From Parcubacteria group bacterium M6-OD1-1 (GTDB taxonomy: Bacteria > Patescibacteriota > Minisyncoccia > GWC2-36-17 > M10-OD1-4): a stretch of DNA of 64,000 nt. Below the pieces are notes generated by a model. It was not told the origin of the DNA. It did not search any database and saw nothing but the letters and a program-made list of their open reading frames with translations. This document shows, piece after piece, positions 31,650-41,442 of this stretch. The stretch is from assembly GCA_003056085.1 (NCBI GenBank), contig LSNK01000003.1, forward strand, positions 2,744 to 66,743. The letters are read 5' to 3'. Within the stretch, counting starts at the first letter, position 1. Each line of letters opens with the position of its first letter. The translations under genes and the position numbers were made by a program.

Positions 31650-32439
31650 CGGTGATACCCTGCGGCGTTAGCCTAGGGTAGTTCATTATGAATTGTGCCA
31701 AACTATCGGATGGTACAAGCAGATTGTCTTGCACTTATCCCACCCAACGCATGCAAATTTGCTCCCTTTATTTTATTCAAAATTCACAATTTTGTTGTGA
31801 GTAGTTTTAAGTGGCTATAATAGAACAATTCCACAATTTGTCCTATTAACTCAATTTTAGTGGATAAAAAATGTATCATTTCCAAAACCAATTTCTGGGT
31901 CTATTTTTTTCATTGTTTAATTTTAGCAGAGTTTTGAATTTGGACAAAAGAAAAGGACCTTAGCATATTGCCTCGGTCCTTTGAGTTGAACTCTATACCT
32001 CATGAGTGGAATACCTTTACTGCTCAGATTTTCTTTACTCAAGACACGAACCCAACCGATTTCCGTTACTGCCAATAACGCGACCAAAGCATTAGCGAAG
32101 ATAATAGTATGACAGTGAATAACAATAAAAGAAATGTTCTTAATTTATCTTTCTTATAAAATCTCATTAAAATATTTTTCACATTACACCTCCATTTAAT
32201 TTTTTTTAAATTAAAATTTATGACCTTGAAATAACGCTACTTCAATGCCGATATAAATTACTAATCCAAGAACTACACAGAGCAAAATTCCATTTGAGCG
32301 AAGTCTAGCAAATTAAGACATAAAAGTCAATAGCTGTCTATTTTTTCGAAAATTAAGCGAACTCGCAAAACCAAAATTTACCTTTGCGTTTTTTCCATTT
32401 TTTCGCCCCCCCCAATTTTTTGAATAAAAAGGGAAAGGC

Positions 32440-32640
32440 AAATTTTGTTTTTTGCGGACGCCGTAGCGTAGCGGAGGCGAGTGGCGCAGATGAGTTAGTT
32501 GTTCGCGCCCCAGAGGGCGCGAGAGAAAGTACGCGGAGCGTTCCGCTTTCTTTGTCCGCATTACCACATTATCGGAGCGTAAGATAAAGTTTAGAGTTTC
32601 CACGTGCTCCGCGCGTAAGTTAGTGTTTGTTTTGAAAATA
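32440..32640 (-). repeat. GC-rich structured element, copy 2 (inverted relative to 22925-23035)
   Basis: See copy 1; GC-rich island in an AT-rich intergenic region; spurious ORFs 32313..32603 and 32384..32587 overlap it. Confidence 0.6.
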
Positions 32641-32664
32641 GGTTCGGATTTGGTAAAATAAAAG

Positions 32665-32713
32665 CACCAGAATAGAACTTGTCCGCCTTTGGCGGGCTTT
32701 TTCTATTCTGGTG
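32665..32713 (-). terminator. Composite hairpin terminator downstream of tRNA-Val(GAC). The outer stem is a 13-bp inverted repeat caccagaatagaa/ttctattctggtg that includes the tRNA 3' end. It encloses a GC hairpin gtccgcc-ttt-ggcgggc, and a U-rich tract follows.
   Basis: Inverted repeats read directly; the same ttctattctggtg abuts tRNA-Leu(GAG) at 23114-23126. Confidence 0.5.
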
Positions 32714-32785
32714 GGCGATACAGGATTCGAACCTATGACCTCTTCGACGTCAACGAAGCGCTCTATCCAACTGAGCTAATCGCCC
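32709..32785 (-). tRNA. tRNA-Val (GAC), CCA encoded
   Basis: Reverse complement GGGCGATTAGCTCAGTTGGATAGAGCGCTTCGTTGACGTCGAAGAGGTCATAGGTTCGAATCCTGTATCGCCCACCA. Confidence 0.85.
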
Positions 32786-32788
32786 TTT

Positions 32789-34078
32789 TTATGGATGCAG
32801 CCTCTTTACATCGCGTGGAAAGAGCACCGCTTCTTTTACACTTCCTAAATTAAGAAGCTTATAAACTATTCTTTCAGAGCCCATACCCCATCCTCCGTGT
32901 GGAGGCATTGCGTATTTAAAAGCATGCAGATAATGTTCAAAGTCTGCCGGATTTACTTTAAAATCCTTCATGCTTTTTATGAGATTATCATAATTATGAA
33001 TACGTTGAGATCCTGTTGAAATTTCAATTCCTTTATACAAAAGGTCAAAACTTTTAGTTTCTTCCGGATTCTCATCATCAAGCATTGTATAGAAAGGACG
33101 CTTACGCTTTGGATAATGAGTTAAAAATATAAAATCTGAATTAAATTTTTCTTTTGCATATTGCCCTGCATAAACTTCACCTTGAGGATCAATGTCAGTA
33201 TCTTTTGACATTTCATATCCGTATTTTTCCTTTATTATCTTTTTCATTTCTTGGAGTTTTATAGCAGGAATTTTTTCCGGAATTTTAGGAAGCTCTGCTT
33301 TGTAGAGCTCTAAGTCTTTTTGGTTTTTTTCTTCTATTTTTTTAAAAATATGTTTTATAACCTTAGTAAGCATTTCCATAATATCCTCATAACCTTTTAT
33401 AAAACCAAATTCCGCATCTAAGCTTATATATTCATTTACATGCCTTGATGTAAAATGTCTTTCTGCACGAAATGCCGGACCTATCTCAAAAACTCTCTCA
33501 AAAGCACCAACACAAATTTGTTTATAAAGCTGTGGACTCTGCGTTAAATAAGCTTTTTTATCAAAATATTCTAAAGTAAAAAAGTTCGCTCCTCCTTCTG
33601 ATGCCGCTCCTGAAGTTTTCGGAGTTTTTATCTCTTTAAAATCCATATCTCTCATAACCTCGTTGTATGCGTTCAAAACCGTGTCATATACATTAAAAAT
33701 AGATCTTATAGTTTCATGTCTTATCGTTAAAGGTCTATGATCCAATAAAGTACTCAGCTCAACTTTTAAAGTTTTCTTGCTTATGTCAAAAGGCAACTCT
33801 TCTTTTGGAGACTCTATAATCTCTATACTTTCACCCATAACTTCAACCCCCATAGCAGCTCTTTCTTCTTTTTTAACGACTCCTGAAGCCTTTATAATAG
33901 AGCCAACTTTAGCGTCTATTTTTATGCCTTCAAAAACAAATTGAACCAGCCCGGACCTGTCTTGAATATTAACAAAAGCAAGCTCATTTGAAAGCTCCCT
34001 TAAACTATAAAGACGACCCCAAAGTTCCACCTTTTTGCCTATATGATTTTTAAGTTCTTTTGATAATACTCTTGGCAT
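32789..34078 (-). CDS. aspS: Aspartyl-tRNA synthetase, archaeal/eukaryal type (class IIb; possibly non-discriminating)
   Basis: 429 aa; FRAERHFTSRHVNEYISLDAEFGF (motif 2); GSQRIHNYDNL; C-terminal PHGGWGMGSERIVYKLLNLGSVKEAVLFPRDVKRLHP typical of archaeal-type AspRS. Confidence 0.75.
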   Translation of the reverse strand: MPRVLSKELKNHIGKKVELWGRLYSLRELSNELAFVNIQDRSGLVQFVFEGIKIDAKVGSIIKASGVVKKEERAAMGVEVMGESIEIIESPKEELPFDISKKTLKVELSTLLDHRPLTIRHETIRSIFNVYDTVLNAYNEVMRDMDFKEIKTPKTSGAASEGGANFFTLEYFDKKAYLTQSPQLYKQICVGAFERVFEIGPAFRAERHFTSRHVNEYISLDAEFGFIKGYEDIMEMLTKVIKHIFKKIEEKNQKDLELYKAELPKIPEKIPAIKLQEMKKIIKEKYGYEMSKDTDIDPQGEVYAGQYAKEKFNSDFIFLTHYPKRKRPFYTMLDDENPEETKSFDLLYKGIEISTGSQRIHNYDNLIKSMKDFKVNPADFEHYLHAFKYAMPPHGGWGMGSERIVYKLLNLGSVKEAVLFPRDVKRLHP

Positions 34079-34145
34079 AAAAACTAATTTAAAATGAGAA
34101 ATAAATAAACTATTACTTTAATAAAAAAGCTAAATCTGTCTAATT

Positions 34146-34225
34146 TTGGTGCGCCCAAAAGGACTCGAACCTGGGACCGCCGAGATATATCAGTGATATA
34201 ATTCTTCATTTGCACAAAATGCAAA
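34146..34225 (-). other. tRNA-like 3' fragment. A T-arm-like atatctcggcggtcccaggttcgagtcc is followed by a ...tgggcgcacca 3' end. It is preceded by an 8-bp hairpin catttgca-ttttg-tgcaaatg and has no cognate 5' half.
   Basis: Shares atatctcggcggtccc.ggttc.agtcc with the adjacent intact tRNA(UAU). Confidence 0.5.
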
Positions 34226-34231
34226 TGCCCG

Positions 34232-34304
34232 TCCACCCTCCTGGACTTGAACCAGGGACCGCCGAGATATAAGCTCGGTGCTCTACCGACTGAGCTAAGG
34301 GTGG
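34232..34304 (-). tRNA. tRNA with anticodon UAU (tRNA-Ile2-like, decoding AUA); C1:G72, discriminator A, no CCA
   Basis: Reverse complement CCACCCTTAGCTCAGTCGGTAGAGCACCGAGCTTATATCTCGGCGGTCCCTGGTTCAAGTCCAGGAGGGTGGA; anticodon stem CCGAG/CTCGG, loop CTTATAT. Confidence 0.65.
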
Positions 34305-34329
34305 ACGCACATTTTCATTTTGCTGCTCA

Positions 34330-34440
34330 TTTAAAATTATAAGCTCGGTGTTCCCTGTTTGTCCAAGAGCTAAAGCGATTGGCTAATAAACAGCAATGCT
34401 TTAGCCTCTAACCAACTGAGCTAAGAGTGGACACAAAACT
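34330..34440 (-). other. Degenerate tRNA-like fragment. The 5' half gtccactcttagctcagttggttagagg is interrupted by a gctaaagc...gctttagc hairpin, and ends in caccgagcttataat.
   Basis: Similarity to the 5' half and anticodon arm of the adjacent tRNA(UAU); no foldable cloverleaf. Confidence 0.45.
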
Positions 34441-34508
34441 CCACATAATGCTTTATAAATTATTTTATTTTCAATACAAACAAATAAATATGCTAAATAT
34501 ATGAGTTT

Positions 34509-36389
34509 TTACTCAAATTCTTTCATAAGCTCCTCAAACTCCTCCTTCTCTATAGTTTCTTTTTCAATAAGCACCTTTGCTATTTTATCTAATTTATTTT
34601 TGTTTTTACTCAAAACATCCTTGGTTCTTTGGTGAGCCTCAGATAAAACTTTTTTAAGCTCCTCATCAATTTCCGCTGCAACAGCTTCGGAATAATTTCT
34701 GCTTTCATGAATTTCTTTACCTAAGAAAATCATCTCTTCCTTATGCCCAAACATAATAGGACCAAATTTATCTGACATACCAAATTGAGTAATAAATTTT
34801 CTTGCAAGCTCTGTCGCTCTTTGAATATCATTTGACGCTCCTGTTGTCAATTCGCCAAAAACCAATTCTTCTGCAGAATATCCTCCAAGCATAACCGCTA
34901 AATCAGCCAAAAACTCGGTCTTAGTCTTAAGACTTCTTTCTTCTGTTGGAAGTCTTAGCGTGTAACCTCCGGCTCTACCTCTTGAGATGATGGATATTTT
35001 ATGAACAAGCTCTTTGTGCGCGAGCTCATAAGTTACAAGCGCATGCCCAGCCTCATGATATGCTGTGATTTTCTTTTCTTTTTCGGACAAAATATGACTT
35101 TTTCTTTCCGGGCCAAGCATAACTTTTTCAATTGATTCTAAAAGATCCTCTTGGGTTATAATCTTTCTGTTATGCCTTGCCGCAAATATTGCAGCCTCAT
35201 TCATAATATTTGCAAGGTCAGCTCCGGAAAACCCGGGAGTTCTTTCCGCCATCCTTTTTAAATTAGTATTTTCTGCAAGAGGCTTTCCTTTTGCGTGAAT
35301 TTTTAATATCTCTTCCCTGTCTTTTAAGTCCGGCTCATCCAAAACAACTCTTCTGTCAAATCTACCCGGACGCAAAAGCGCAGGGTCAAGAACATCCGGT
35401 CTGTTTGTTGCTGAAAGAACTATTAGTTTTGAATCTCTTTCAAAACCATCCATTTCAACCAAAATTTGATTTAAAGTTTGCTCTCTTTCGTCATTTCCTC
35501 CTCCAACTCCAGCACCTCTTTGTCTTCCTATAGCATCTAACTCATCAATAAATAAAATGGCTGGCGCATCTTTCTTTGCCGTTGTAAATGTATCTCTTAC
35601 TCTTCCTGCGCCAACACCAACAAACATTTCTACAAATTCGGATCCCGCCATATGAAAGAAAGGAACACCGGCTTCTCCTGCAACCGCTCTTGCAAGCAAT
35701 GTTTTACCGGTGCCGGGAGGCCCCATAAGTAAAACTCCTCTTGGTATTCTTGCCCCCATATCTAAAAACTTTTTCGGATTTTTCAAAAAATCAACAATCT
35801 CATAAAGCTCCTCCTTTGCTTCTTTAAGTCCAGCCACATCTTTAAAAGTGGTTTTACTGTTAGTGGACATCTTTGCCTTTGATTTTGTAAAAGAAAATGC
35901 CTGCATAGAACCACGCTGAGCTTGCCTCATCATAAACCAGAGAAATAATCCTATTATTAAAAGCGGCAGTAAAAACGGCAAGGTAACAGAAAGCCAAAAT
36001 GCAACACCTGAAGGCTCTTTTACTTGAATATTTATGCTTCTTAATTTTTCAGCTCCAACTCCATAGTTGGTTAAAGACTCTGTAAGTGACGCCTCTTTTT
36101 CTTTTCTTGTCTTTTGTTTTTTGTTTTCCTCTTTTAAAACTATATTTAGATTATCACCTTCAACAAAAATTTCAGAAACTTTATCTTCATTTATCTCAAC
36201 AGCAAGCTGGGATAATGTTATTTCTTCAGGCTTTTCTGTATTTGCGGTAAAAAGAGAGAAAACAGCTGAAACAGCAAGAAAAACAACAAAAGCAATTAAG
36301 ATATTATTGCTAAAACTATTTTTTTTGCCTGATTTCTTCTTTTTTGATGAATTAGGTTTTTTATTTAATCTTTTGATTTTAATTTTCAT
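34509..36389 (-). CDS. ftsH: ATP-dependent zinc metalloprotease FtsH
   Basis: [23 protein letters not shown] (Walker A), SRF region, HEAGHAL zinc motif; two TM segments; Lys-rich N-terminus. Confidence 0.92.
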   Translation of the reverse strand: MKIKIKRLNKKPNSSKKKKSGKKNSFSNNILIAFVVFLAVSAVFSLFTANTEKPEEITLSQLAVEINEDKVSEIFVEGDNLNIVLKEENKKQKTRKEKEASLTESLTNYGVGAEKLRSINIQVKEPSGVAFWLSVTLPFLLPLLIIGLFLWFMMRQAQRGSMQAFSFTKSKAKMSTNSKTTFKDVAGLKEAKEELYEIVDFLKNPKKFLDMGARIPRGVLLMGPPGTGKTLLARAVAGEAGVPFFHMAGSEFVEMFVGVGAGRVRDTFTTAKKDAPAILFIDELDAIGRQRGAGVGGGNDEREQTLNQILVEMDGFERDSKLIVLSATNRPDVLDPALLRPGRFDRRVVLDEPDLKDREEILKIHAKGKPLAENTNLKRMAERTPGFSGADLANIMNEAAIFAARHNRKIITQEDLLESIEKVMLGPERKSHILSEKEKKITAYHEAGHALVTYELAHKELVHKISIISRGRAGGYTLRLPTEERSLKTKTEFLADLAVMLGGYSAEELVFGELTTGASNDIQRATELARKFITQFGMSDKFGPIMFGHKEEMIFLGKEIHESRNYSEAVAAEIDEELKKVLSEAHQRTKDVLSKNKNKLDKIAKVLIEKETIEKEEFEELMKEFE

Positions 36390-36539
36390 AATAGAACTAT
36401 TTTATAACTATTTGATAAAAATTACAAATAATAAAATTCAAACACCACCTTTAATATTAAAATTCAAATATTAAAAAATTGAGTTTGAAATTTTAATATT
36501 TGAATTTATTCCGGTATTTGGATTTTGAGATTTAGATTT

Positions 36540-37772
36540 TTATTTAGCTTCTTTTTTTTCTTTCTTGTCGCTTTCTTTTTCTGTTTCTTTTTGAGAACTT
36601 AAACTAATTTCTTCAGTTTGTTTTTCTTTTTTAACAACTGAATTGACTTCTTTTATATCTTTCTTGGTTTTTTTACCAAAGCTTAAAGCCATCCTGTGCT
36701 CTTCTTTTTTAATAGATTGAATAGTAAAGTCATATTTTTTATTTTCTTCCAAAGCTTCTTTCATTTTAACCTCATTTCCAAATTCAGAAATATGACAAAG
36801 CCCGTGAATGTTTTCATCTAACTTAATAAATGCGCCAAAAGGATTTATTTTTGTAACAACACCTGAAACAACATCTCCAACTTTGTAATCTTTCTCCACG
36901 TCAATCCATGGATCCTTTTTAAGAGCTTTTATGGAAAGGGATATTTTACCTCCGCTGACTGAAATTATTTTTGCTTTTACTTCATCTCCGATTGTTACAA
37001 CATCAGAAGGATTATCAATTAATTGCCAATCAAGCTCTGAAATATGAACCAAACCTTCAATTTCTTTTATTCCAACCTCTTTTATATCCGGTTTAAATTT
37101 AACAAACGCTCCAAAATCAACTATTCCTGATATTTCCCCTTCTACTATATCACCAACTTTGAAATGCTCAAGAATTTTTTCCATATCATCATTTTGTGCT
37201 GATTTTTCAGAAATTATCAATTTATTTTCTCTTTTATCAAGATCGATAACTTTCACCTTAAATACCTCTCCTATAAATTTTGAAAGTTCTTGATATATTT
37301 TAGACTTATCTCCGCCCTCAACTCTGGGATAATGATTTGCTAAAAGTTGAGAAACCGGCATAAAAGCTGAAACACCGCCTATATTTGCAACGAGTCCGCC
37401 TTTGTTTGCATCTGTTATTTTAATATTGAAAATTTCTGCTGTCTTTTTCTTTTCTAAAAGCTCATCCCATGCCAAATCCTGTCCGGCCTCTTTCAATGAA
37501 AGCTCAACATAACCATTTTCATTTTCCAAATCAACAACTTTACCGGAAACCGAATCTCCCGGCTGCATAGGTTTTATTAAATCTTGCGCCTCATAGAATT
37601 CTCTCCCAAAAACTATTCCTGTTCCAAAAGAACCAAGATCAACATACAATTTTGACCCTTCTTTTTCTATAACAGCACCCTCAACGACATCTCCAACTTT
37701 GGAAATTTTGGAAAATCCTGACTTTAAAGCCTCGTCCATCAACAACTTAACTTGAGTATTATTTTTTTGCAT
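36540..37772 (-). CDS. rpsA: 30S ribosomal protein S1 (four S1 domains) with KE-rich C-terminal tail
   Basis: Repeated S1 OB-fold motifs (VGDVVEGAV, GDIVEGEISGIVDFGAFV, GDVVSGVVTKINPFGAFIKL). Confidence 0.8.
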   Translation of the reverse strand: MQKNNTQVKLLMDEALKSGFSKISKVGDVVEGAVIEKEGSKLYVDLGSFGTGIVFGREFYEAQDLIKPMQPGDSVSGKVVDLENENGYVELSLKEAGQDLAWDELLEKKKTAEIFNIKITDANKGGLVANIGGVSAFMPVSQLLANHYPRVEGGDKSKIYQELSKFIGEVFKVKVIDLDKRENKLIISEKSAQNDDMEKILEHFKVGDIVEGEISGIVDFGAFVKFKPDIKEVGIKEIEGLVHISELDWQLIDNPSDVVTIGDEVKAKIISVSGGKISLSIKALKKDPWIDVEKDYKVGDVVSGVVTKINPFGAFIKLDENIHGLCHISEFGNEVKMKEALEENKKYDFTIQSIKKEEHRMALSFGKKTKKDIKEVNSVVKKEKQTEEISLSSQKETEKESDKKEKKEAK

Positions 37773-37974
37773 TACTTTAATTATTTCCCTGATTTATTAA
37801 TATTTAATAAAAAAGTAAAGTATTTAAATCAGTAAAAATACTTTATTTATAAAGGGTACGATAACTTATTTTTAATGCATTGGCAATATTGACTTTTTTA
37901 TTAAAGTAGTGTATAATTACATTAATTAAAATGCACATTGAAAATCTAATATTATACATGAGGTATAAAACAAT

Positions 37975-38890
37975 GAATATCATTGAAAGTTTAATCTCTA
38001 ACTTTACGTTAGAAGGAATAATCACATTTCTGGTATTTTTATTGATTATCACCACCTTAGCATACCCAGTGATAAGATATTGCGTAAGCCATATCAACGA
38101 CAATGAAATGGCTTTAGCAAATTGGTTATTTGGATTTTACGGAAATGTAAAAGTTGGCCCCAGAGCTGTTCTTAGACTTCCCGGGTCAGAGTTTACTATA
38201 CACAGCACCGAGCCAAGAAAAGATAAGGCGGTGATTGAAAAAGTCTTTAAATCAGAGCCTGATCCAGGAGAATCCGGCTTTACAATTGAAGCTACGCTTT
38301 CATTTATTCTTTCTTTAAGTAAAGATGCTGATTGTGAAGGCTTTAAAGAATTCCATAGAATTCAAGAATCTTTGGAAAATGGAGCTTTTGTCTACATTGA
38401 GGCATGGATAGACAATCAAATAAGAAATTACAGGGGAAATGGAGAAATTGAAAATCCAAAAAATATAAAAAATGTTCAAGATCAGGTTGAAGAATCAGCA
38501 AGAACTGAACTTCAAAGACACATTGATGATTTGTCCAAGAAATCAGTTGTTATATTTGACTTCGGACTAAAACTTGACCTGGAGCAAGACGTAAGAGATG
38601 CAATGAAGCGCTCCGGCATTCAAGAATTAGACAATAAAGCATATGCGGCTAAATTCAAAGAGATTAAAAAAATAACGGCAGAATTGGTTGGAGATGACAT
38701 TAAACTTCCAAACCAACTTGCTGTTCTTATAGCTCTTAAAATTGCAAAAGAGCCCGGAGTGGACCTTTCAAAACAAATCCTTGATATTCAAGGCTTGGAA
38801 AACTTTAGGGGACTTATTGACACTCATGCAATTGAAAAAATAGCTCAAATGGCAACTAATTTCAGCAAGAACAAAAGAGGTGACAAATAA
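37975..38890 (+). CDS. Membrane-anchored SPFH/band-7-like protein (start may be 37931)
   Basis: N-terminal TM. GNVKVGPRAVLRLPGSEF and FGLKLDLEQDVRDAMKRSGIQELDNKAYAAKFKEI resemble the stomatin/HflC SPFH core and its C-terminal helix. Confidence 0.4.
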
Positions 38891-39516
38891 TGAATGCCAC
38901 TCAACTTCAAATACTAAAATTATTCAGAACCATAATAATTTTTAGCATTATTGCTGTAGTTATCCTTTTCTCGTTTTCTAAAATCTCAACTGAAAAAGAA
39001 GATAAGGAATCTCAAATAAAGCCCCGCACGGCAACCAGCAACATCACATGGAATTGCGCCGATAAGGACGGCAAAATTATTGCTATGATGGCATACGGAC
39101 AAAGCATAAAGATTACTCATAAAAAATTTCCGGCAAGGAAAAAAAATGAGTGCTCTTACGCTTATCCGGACAACTTCCGGGTAAACAATACGCCTTATTC
39201 TTCAAAGGTGTACGGCTTTCCCAAAAACAAGCTGCCAAAAAGCACAAGGGAATACATGAACAGCATTCCTTTCCCACAGTTCAAACCATGGACTATTGTG
39301 CTTGTTTTAACCAATAATCCAGACAATCCTCAAAACAACTACATAAAGGCTGCAGCATTTCAGTACGAAGGGCAATCCTTCTCTTTTGAAAATAAAACTT
39401 CAAAAGACAAACCTTTATATGTGGTTGCAATGTTTAACTATCCAGACACTATGTTCAATGAACAGATAGGCTACGGTGGATACACTATAACCTTAGGAGT
39501 TAAGCAATCAACTTAA
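38890..39516 (+). CDS. Membrane-anchored hypothetical protein
   Basis: ATGA-coupled to upstream gene; N-terminal TM; no recognisable motifs. Confidence 0.5.
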   Translation: MNATQLQILKLFRTIIIFSIIAVVILFSFSKISTEKEDKESQIKPRTATSNITWNCADKDGKIIAMMAYGQSIKITHKKFPARKKNECSYAYPDNFRVNNTPYSSKVYGFPKNKLPKSTREYMNSIPFPQFKPWTIVLVLTNNPDNPQNNYIKAAAFQYEGQSFSFENKTSKDKPLYVVAMFNYPDTMFNEQIGYGGYTITLGVKQST

Positions 39517-39523
39517 GCTAAAA

Positions 39524-39560
39524 CCCCTCTGACCAAAATGGTCAGAGGGGTTCTTTTTTT
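39524..39560 (+). terminator. Rho-independent terminator (cccctctgacc/ggtcagagggg, then T8)
   Basis: 11-bp GC-rich stem followed by ttcttttttttg. Confidence 0.8.
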
Positions 39561-39589
39561 TGTAAAATATTTTCAGTTATACCAACTTA

Positions 39590-39976
39590 TTAATACGTCC
39601 ACACACCGGCGATTGATTCTGAAATTGAAACGATAGAAAAAGACAAAATAGCTACAACGACCCCAACTACAACATAAATAAGCACATCTTTTGCTTTTTT
39701 TAATTTAGCCTCGTCTCCGCTGGCTGTTATAAATAAGATTCCTGAATAAAGACCAAAAACCACAGCAAGTAAAGCGACAAACCACGCAAACCAGTTAACT
39801 AATGATACAAATATATCTGCAATACCATAGCTGCCGGTATCAAAATTACCTTGTCTTCCTATTTGATCGCCTGTATATATCTCACCAATCCCTCCTTGCG
39901 GATAATCTTGAGCAAAAGAAACCGTCGGAAACAAAATAAAAACTAACAAAAAAACAGTTGCAATAATTTTTTTCAT
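39590..39976 (-). CDS. TrbC/VirB2-like pilin-family small secreted membrane protein (copy 1)
   Basis: Signal peptide (SFA|QD), Gly-rich spacer, then LVNWFAWFVALLAVVFGLYSGILFITASGDEAKLKKAKDVLIYVVVGVVVAILSFSIVSISESIAG. This is two hydrophobic helices separated by a short charged loop. Confidence 0.6.
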   Translation of the reverse strand: MKKIIATVFLLVFILFPTVSFAQDYPQGGIGEIYTGDQIGRQGNFDTGSYGIADIFVSLVNWFAWFVALLAVVFGLYSGILFITASGDEAKLKKAKDVLIYVVVGVVVAILSFSIVSISESIAGVWTY

Positions 39977-40030
39977 TTTTATAAAAATAAGTAATTATTC
40001 TTATATTATATCAATTCAAATTTAAAAAAA

Positions 40031-40056
40031 CAACCCTGTCAAAAAGACAGAGTTGT
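40031..40056. terminator. Bidirectional terminator hairpin between the pilin-like genes (caaccctgtc-aaaaa-gacagagttg flanked by A7/T5)
   Basis: Inverted repeat with one mismatch. Confidence 0.55.
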
Positions 40057-40080
40057 TTTTGAATGATTTTCTATTCAGTT

Positions 40081-40485
40081 TTACACTCCGGCAATTGATC
40101 TTGAGATTGAAACAATTGAGAATGCTAAAATAGCAACTACGATACCAACGATTGCATAAAGCAAAATGTTTTTTGCTTTTGTAACTTTTTCGTCGTCTCC
40201 CCCAGCTGTAATAAATAAAACTCCTGAATAAAGACCGAAAAGCACAGCAACTAAAGCAACAAACCATGCTACCCAGTTAATTAATCCTAATATCAAGTTT
40301 ACTAATTCTCCTGTTCCCGTTACAGCTCCTGTACTTCCGATATTAACACCTCCTGTAGGCGCTGTTCCAATACCTCCTGAAGGCGCTTGAGCTCCAACCA
40401 TCATAGGTACTGCCACGAAAGCAACTGCAACCATTGCCACCACAACAAATGCAATGGCTGACGGTAATGTTAAAGATAATTTCAT
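40081..40485 (-). CDS. TrbC/VirB2-like pilin-family protein (copy 2)
   Basis: Signal peptide, G/T/A-rich spacer, then LINWVAWFVALVAVLFGLYSGVLFITAGGDDEKVTKAKNILLYAIVGIVVAILAFSIVSISRSIAG (about 75% identical to the copy 1 core). Confidence 0.6.
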   Translation of the reverse strand: MKLSLTLPSAIAFVVVAMVAVAFVAVPMMVGAQAPSGGIGTAPTGGVNIGSTGAVTGTGELVNLILGLINWVAWFVALVAVLFGLYSGVLFITAGGDDEKVTKAKNILLYAIVGIVVAILAFSIVSISRSIAGV

Positions 40486-40701
40486 ATTTTTATTTTTATT
40501 TTAAAAAATTGTTAGATTCGACCTTTTTTGTTTTTAAAACTTATACACTAATTATACAATAAATTCTCTATTTGTGTCTACTAAACTGTTGATAACAAAA
40601 CAAGAATAAGAAATCAGAAATTAAGCATTTACTGTTTACTGTTTAACTTTATGTTTTATTCTTAATTCTTTTTTATATTTTATATTCTTCTCTTTCTACC
40701 T

Positions 40702-41442
40702 TTATCTTATAAATATTTCAACTATAGACAGTATACTAAATGCCAAAATAGCTACTGCTGTTCCAATTATAGCAAAGATAAATGTTTTAAAAGCTTTGGA
40801 AAGCTGCTCTGAATTTCCTGATGAGGTCATATATAAAAATCCGGAATAAAGACCCGCTGTGACAGAGATAATAGCAACAAACCACGCCATCCAATTAACC
40901 AATCCAACAAGAGCATTTACTATAACATTGCTTCCATTTGTTCCGACACAATTTGGCGTTGCAACTCCTGCAGAAGACCCAAATATATTGGAAATTAAGG
41001 CTACAATTCCCGGAGAAAGCAAAACAACAACAATACCTAAAATTGTGAAAACAAGGACTTTATTTGCTAATTTAATTTTTTCCGGATTACCACCTGATGT
41101 TAAAAACAAAAATCCCACTATTAATGTCATTAAAACCGCAATTGGCGGTATTATGTCCTGAGAAAAAAATATTGTTGCAGAACAAATAAAATCTGAAAAT
41201 GTTTCTGTGGCAGTTGGCGGCACAAAAGTATTAGATACAGAAAAATTTGCATTTTGGCACACACCTTGACCAAGATTATTTGGATTTTCAACACAATCAC
41301 TACCTGTTGCACATTCTGTAGGATTTCCTAAAGTACAAACCTGAGCTGAAACAAATCCCGAAAAACTAAAAAACACTGTAAAAAATAAAAATAATGTTAA
41401 TATTGATTTTTTTATTATTGTTCGCATCTTACTTCTGTCCAA
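40702..41442 (-). CDS. Tandem double TrbC/VirB2-like pilin-family protein with Cys-rich N-terminal region
   Basis: Signal peptide; CTLGNPTECATGSDCVENP...; first hairpin IAVLMTLIVGFLFLTSGGNPEKIKLANKVLVFTILGIVVVLL; second hairpin LVNWMAWFVAIISVTAGLYSGFLYMTSSGNSEQLSKAFKTFIFAIIGTAVAILAFSILSI. Confidence 0.55.
   Translation of the reverse strand: MDRSKMRTIIKKSILTLFLFFTVFFSFSGFVSAQVCTLGNPTECATGSDCVENPNNLGQGVCQNANFSVSNTFVPPTATETFSDFICSATIFFSQDIIPPIAVLMTLIVGFLFLTSGGNPEKIKLANKVLVFTILGIVVVLLSPGIVALISNIFGSSAGVATPNCVGTNGSNVIVNALVGLVNWMAWFVAIISVTAGLYSGFLYMTSSGNSEQLSKAFKTFIFAIIGTAVAILAFSILSIVEIFIR

Noticed and set aside
32313-32603. ORFs 32313..32603 (-) and 32384..32587 (+)
   Set aside because: They fall inside the GC-rich repeated non-coding element and have no protein-like composition.
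34146-34440. Possibility of a split or intron-containing tRNA
   Set aside because: The fragments flanking the intact tRNA(UAU) cannot be joined into a second cloverleaf. They are more parsimoniously decayed duplicates.
37843-38103. ORF 37843..38103 (-)
   Set aside because: It overlaps the start of the plus-strand SPFH-like gene in the divergent promoter region and has low-complexity AT-rich translation.
40022-40267. ORF 40022..40267 (-) 81 aa
   Set aside because: It is an out-of-frame overlap of the pilin-like gene 40081..40485; the Cys/Arg-rich translation is an artefact.
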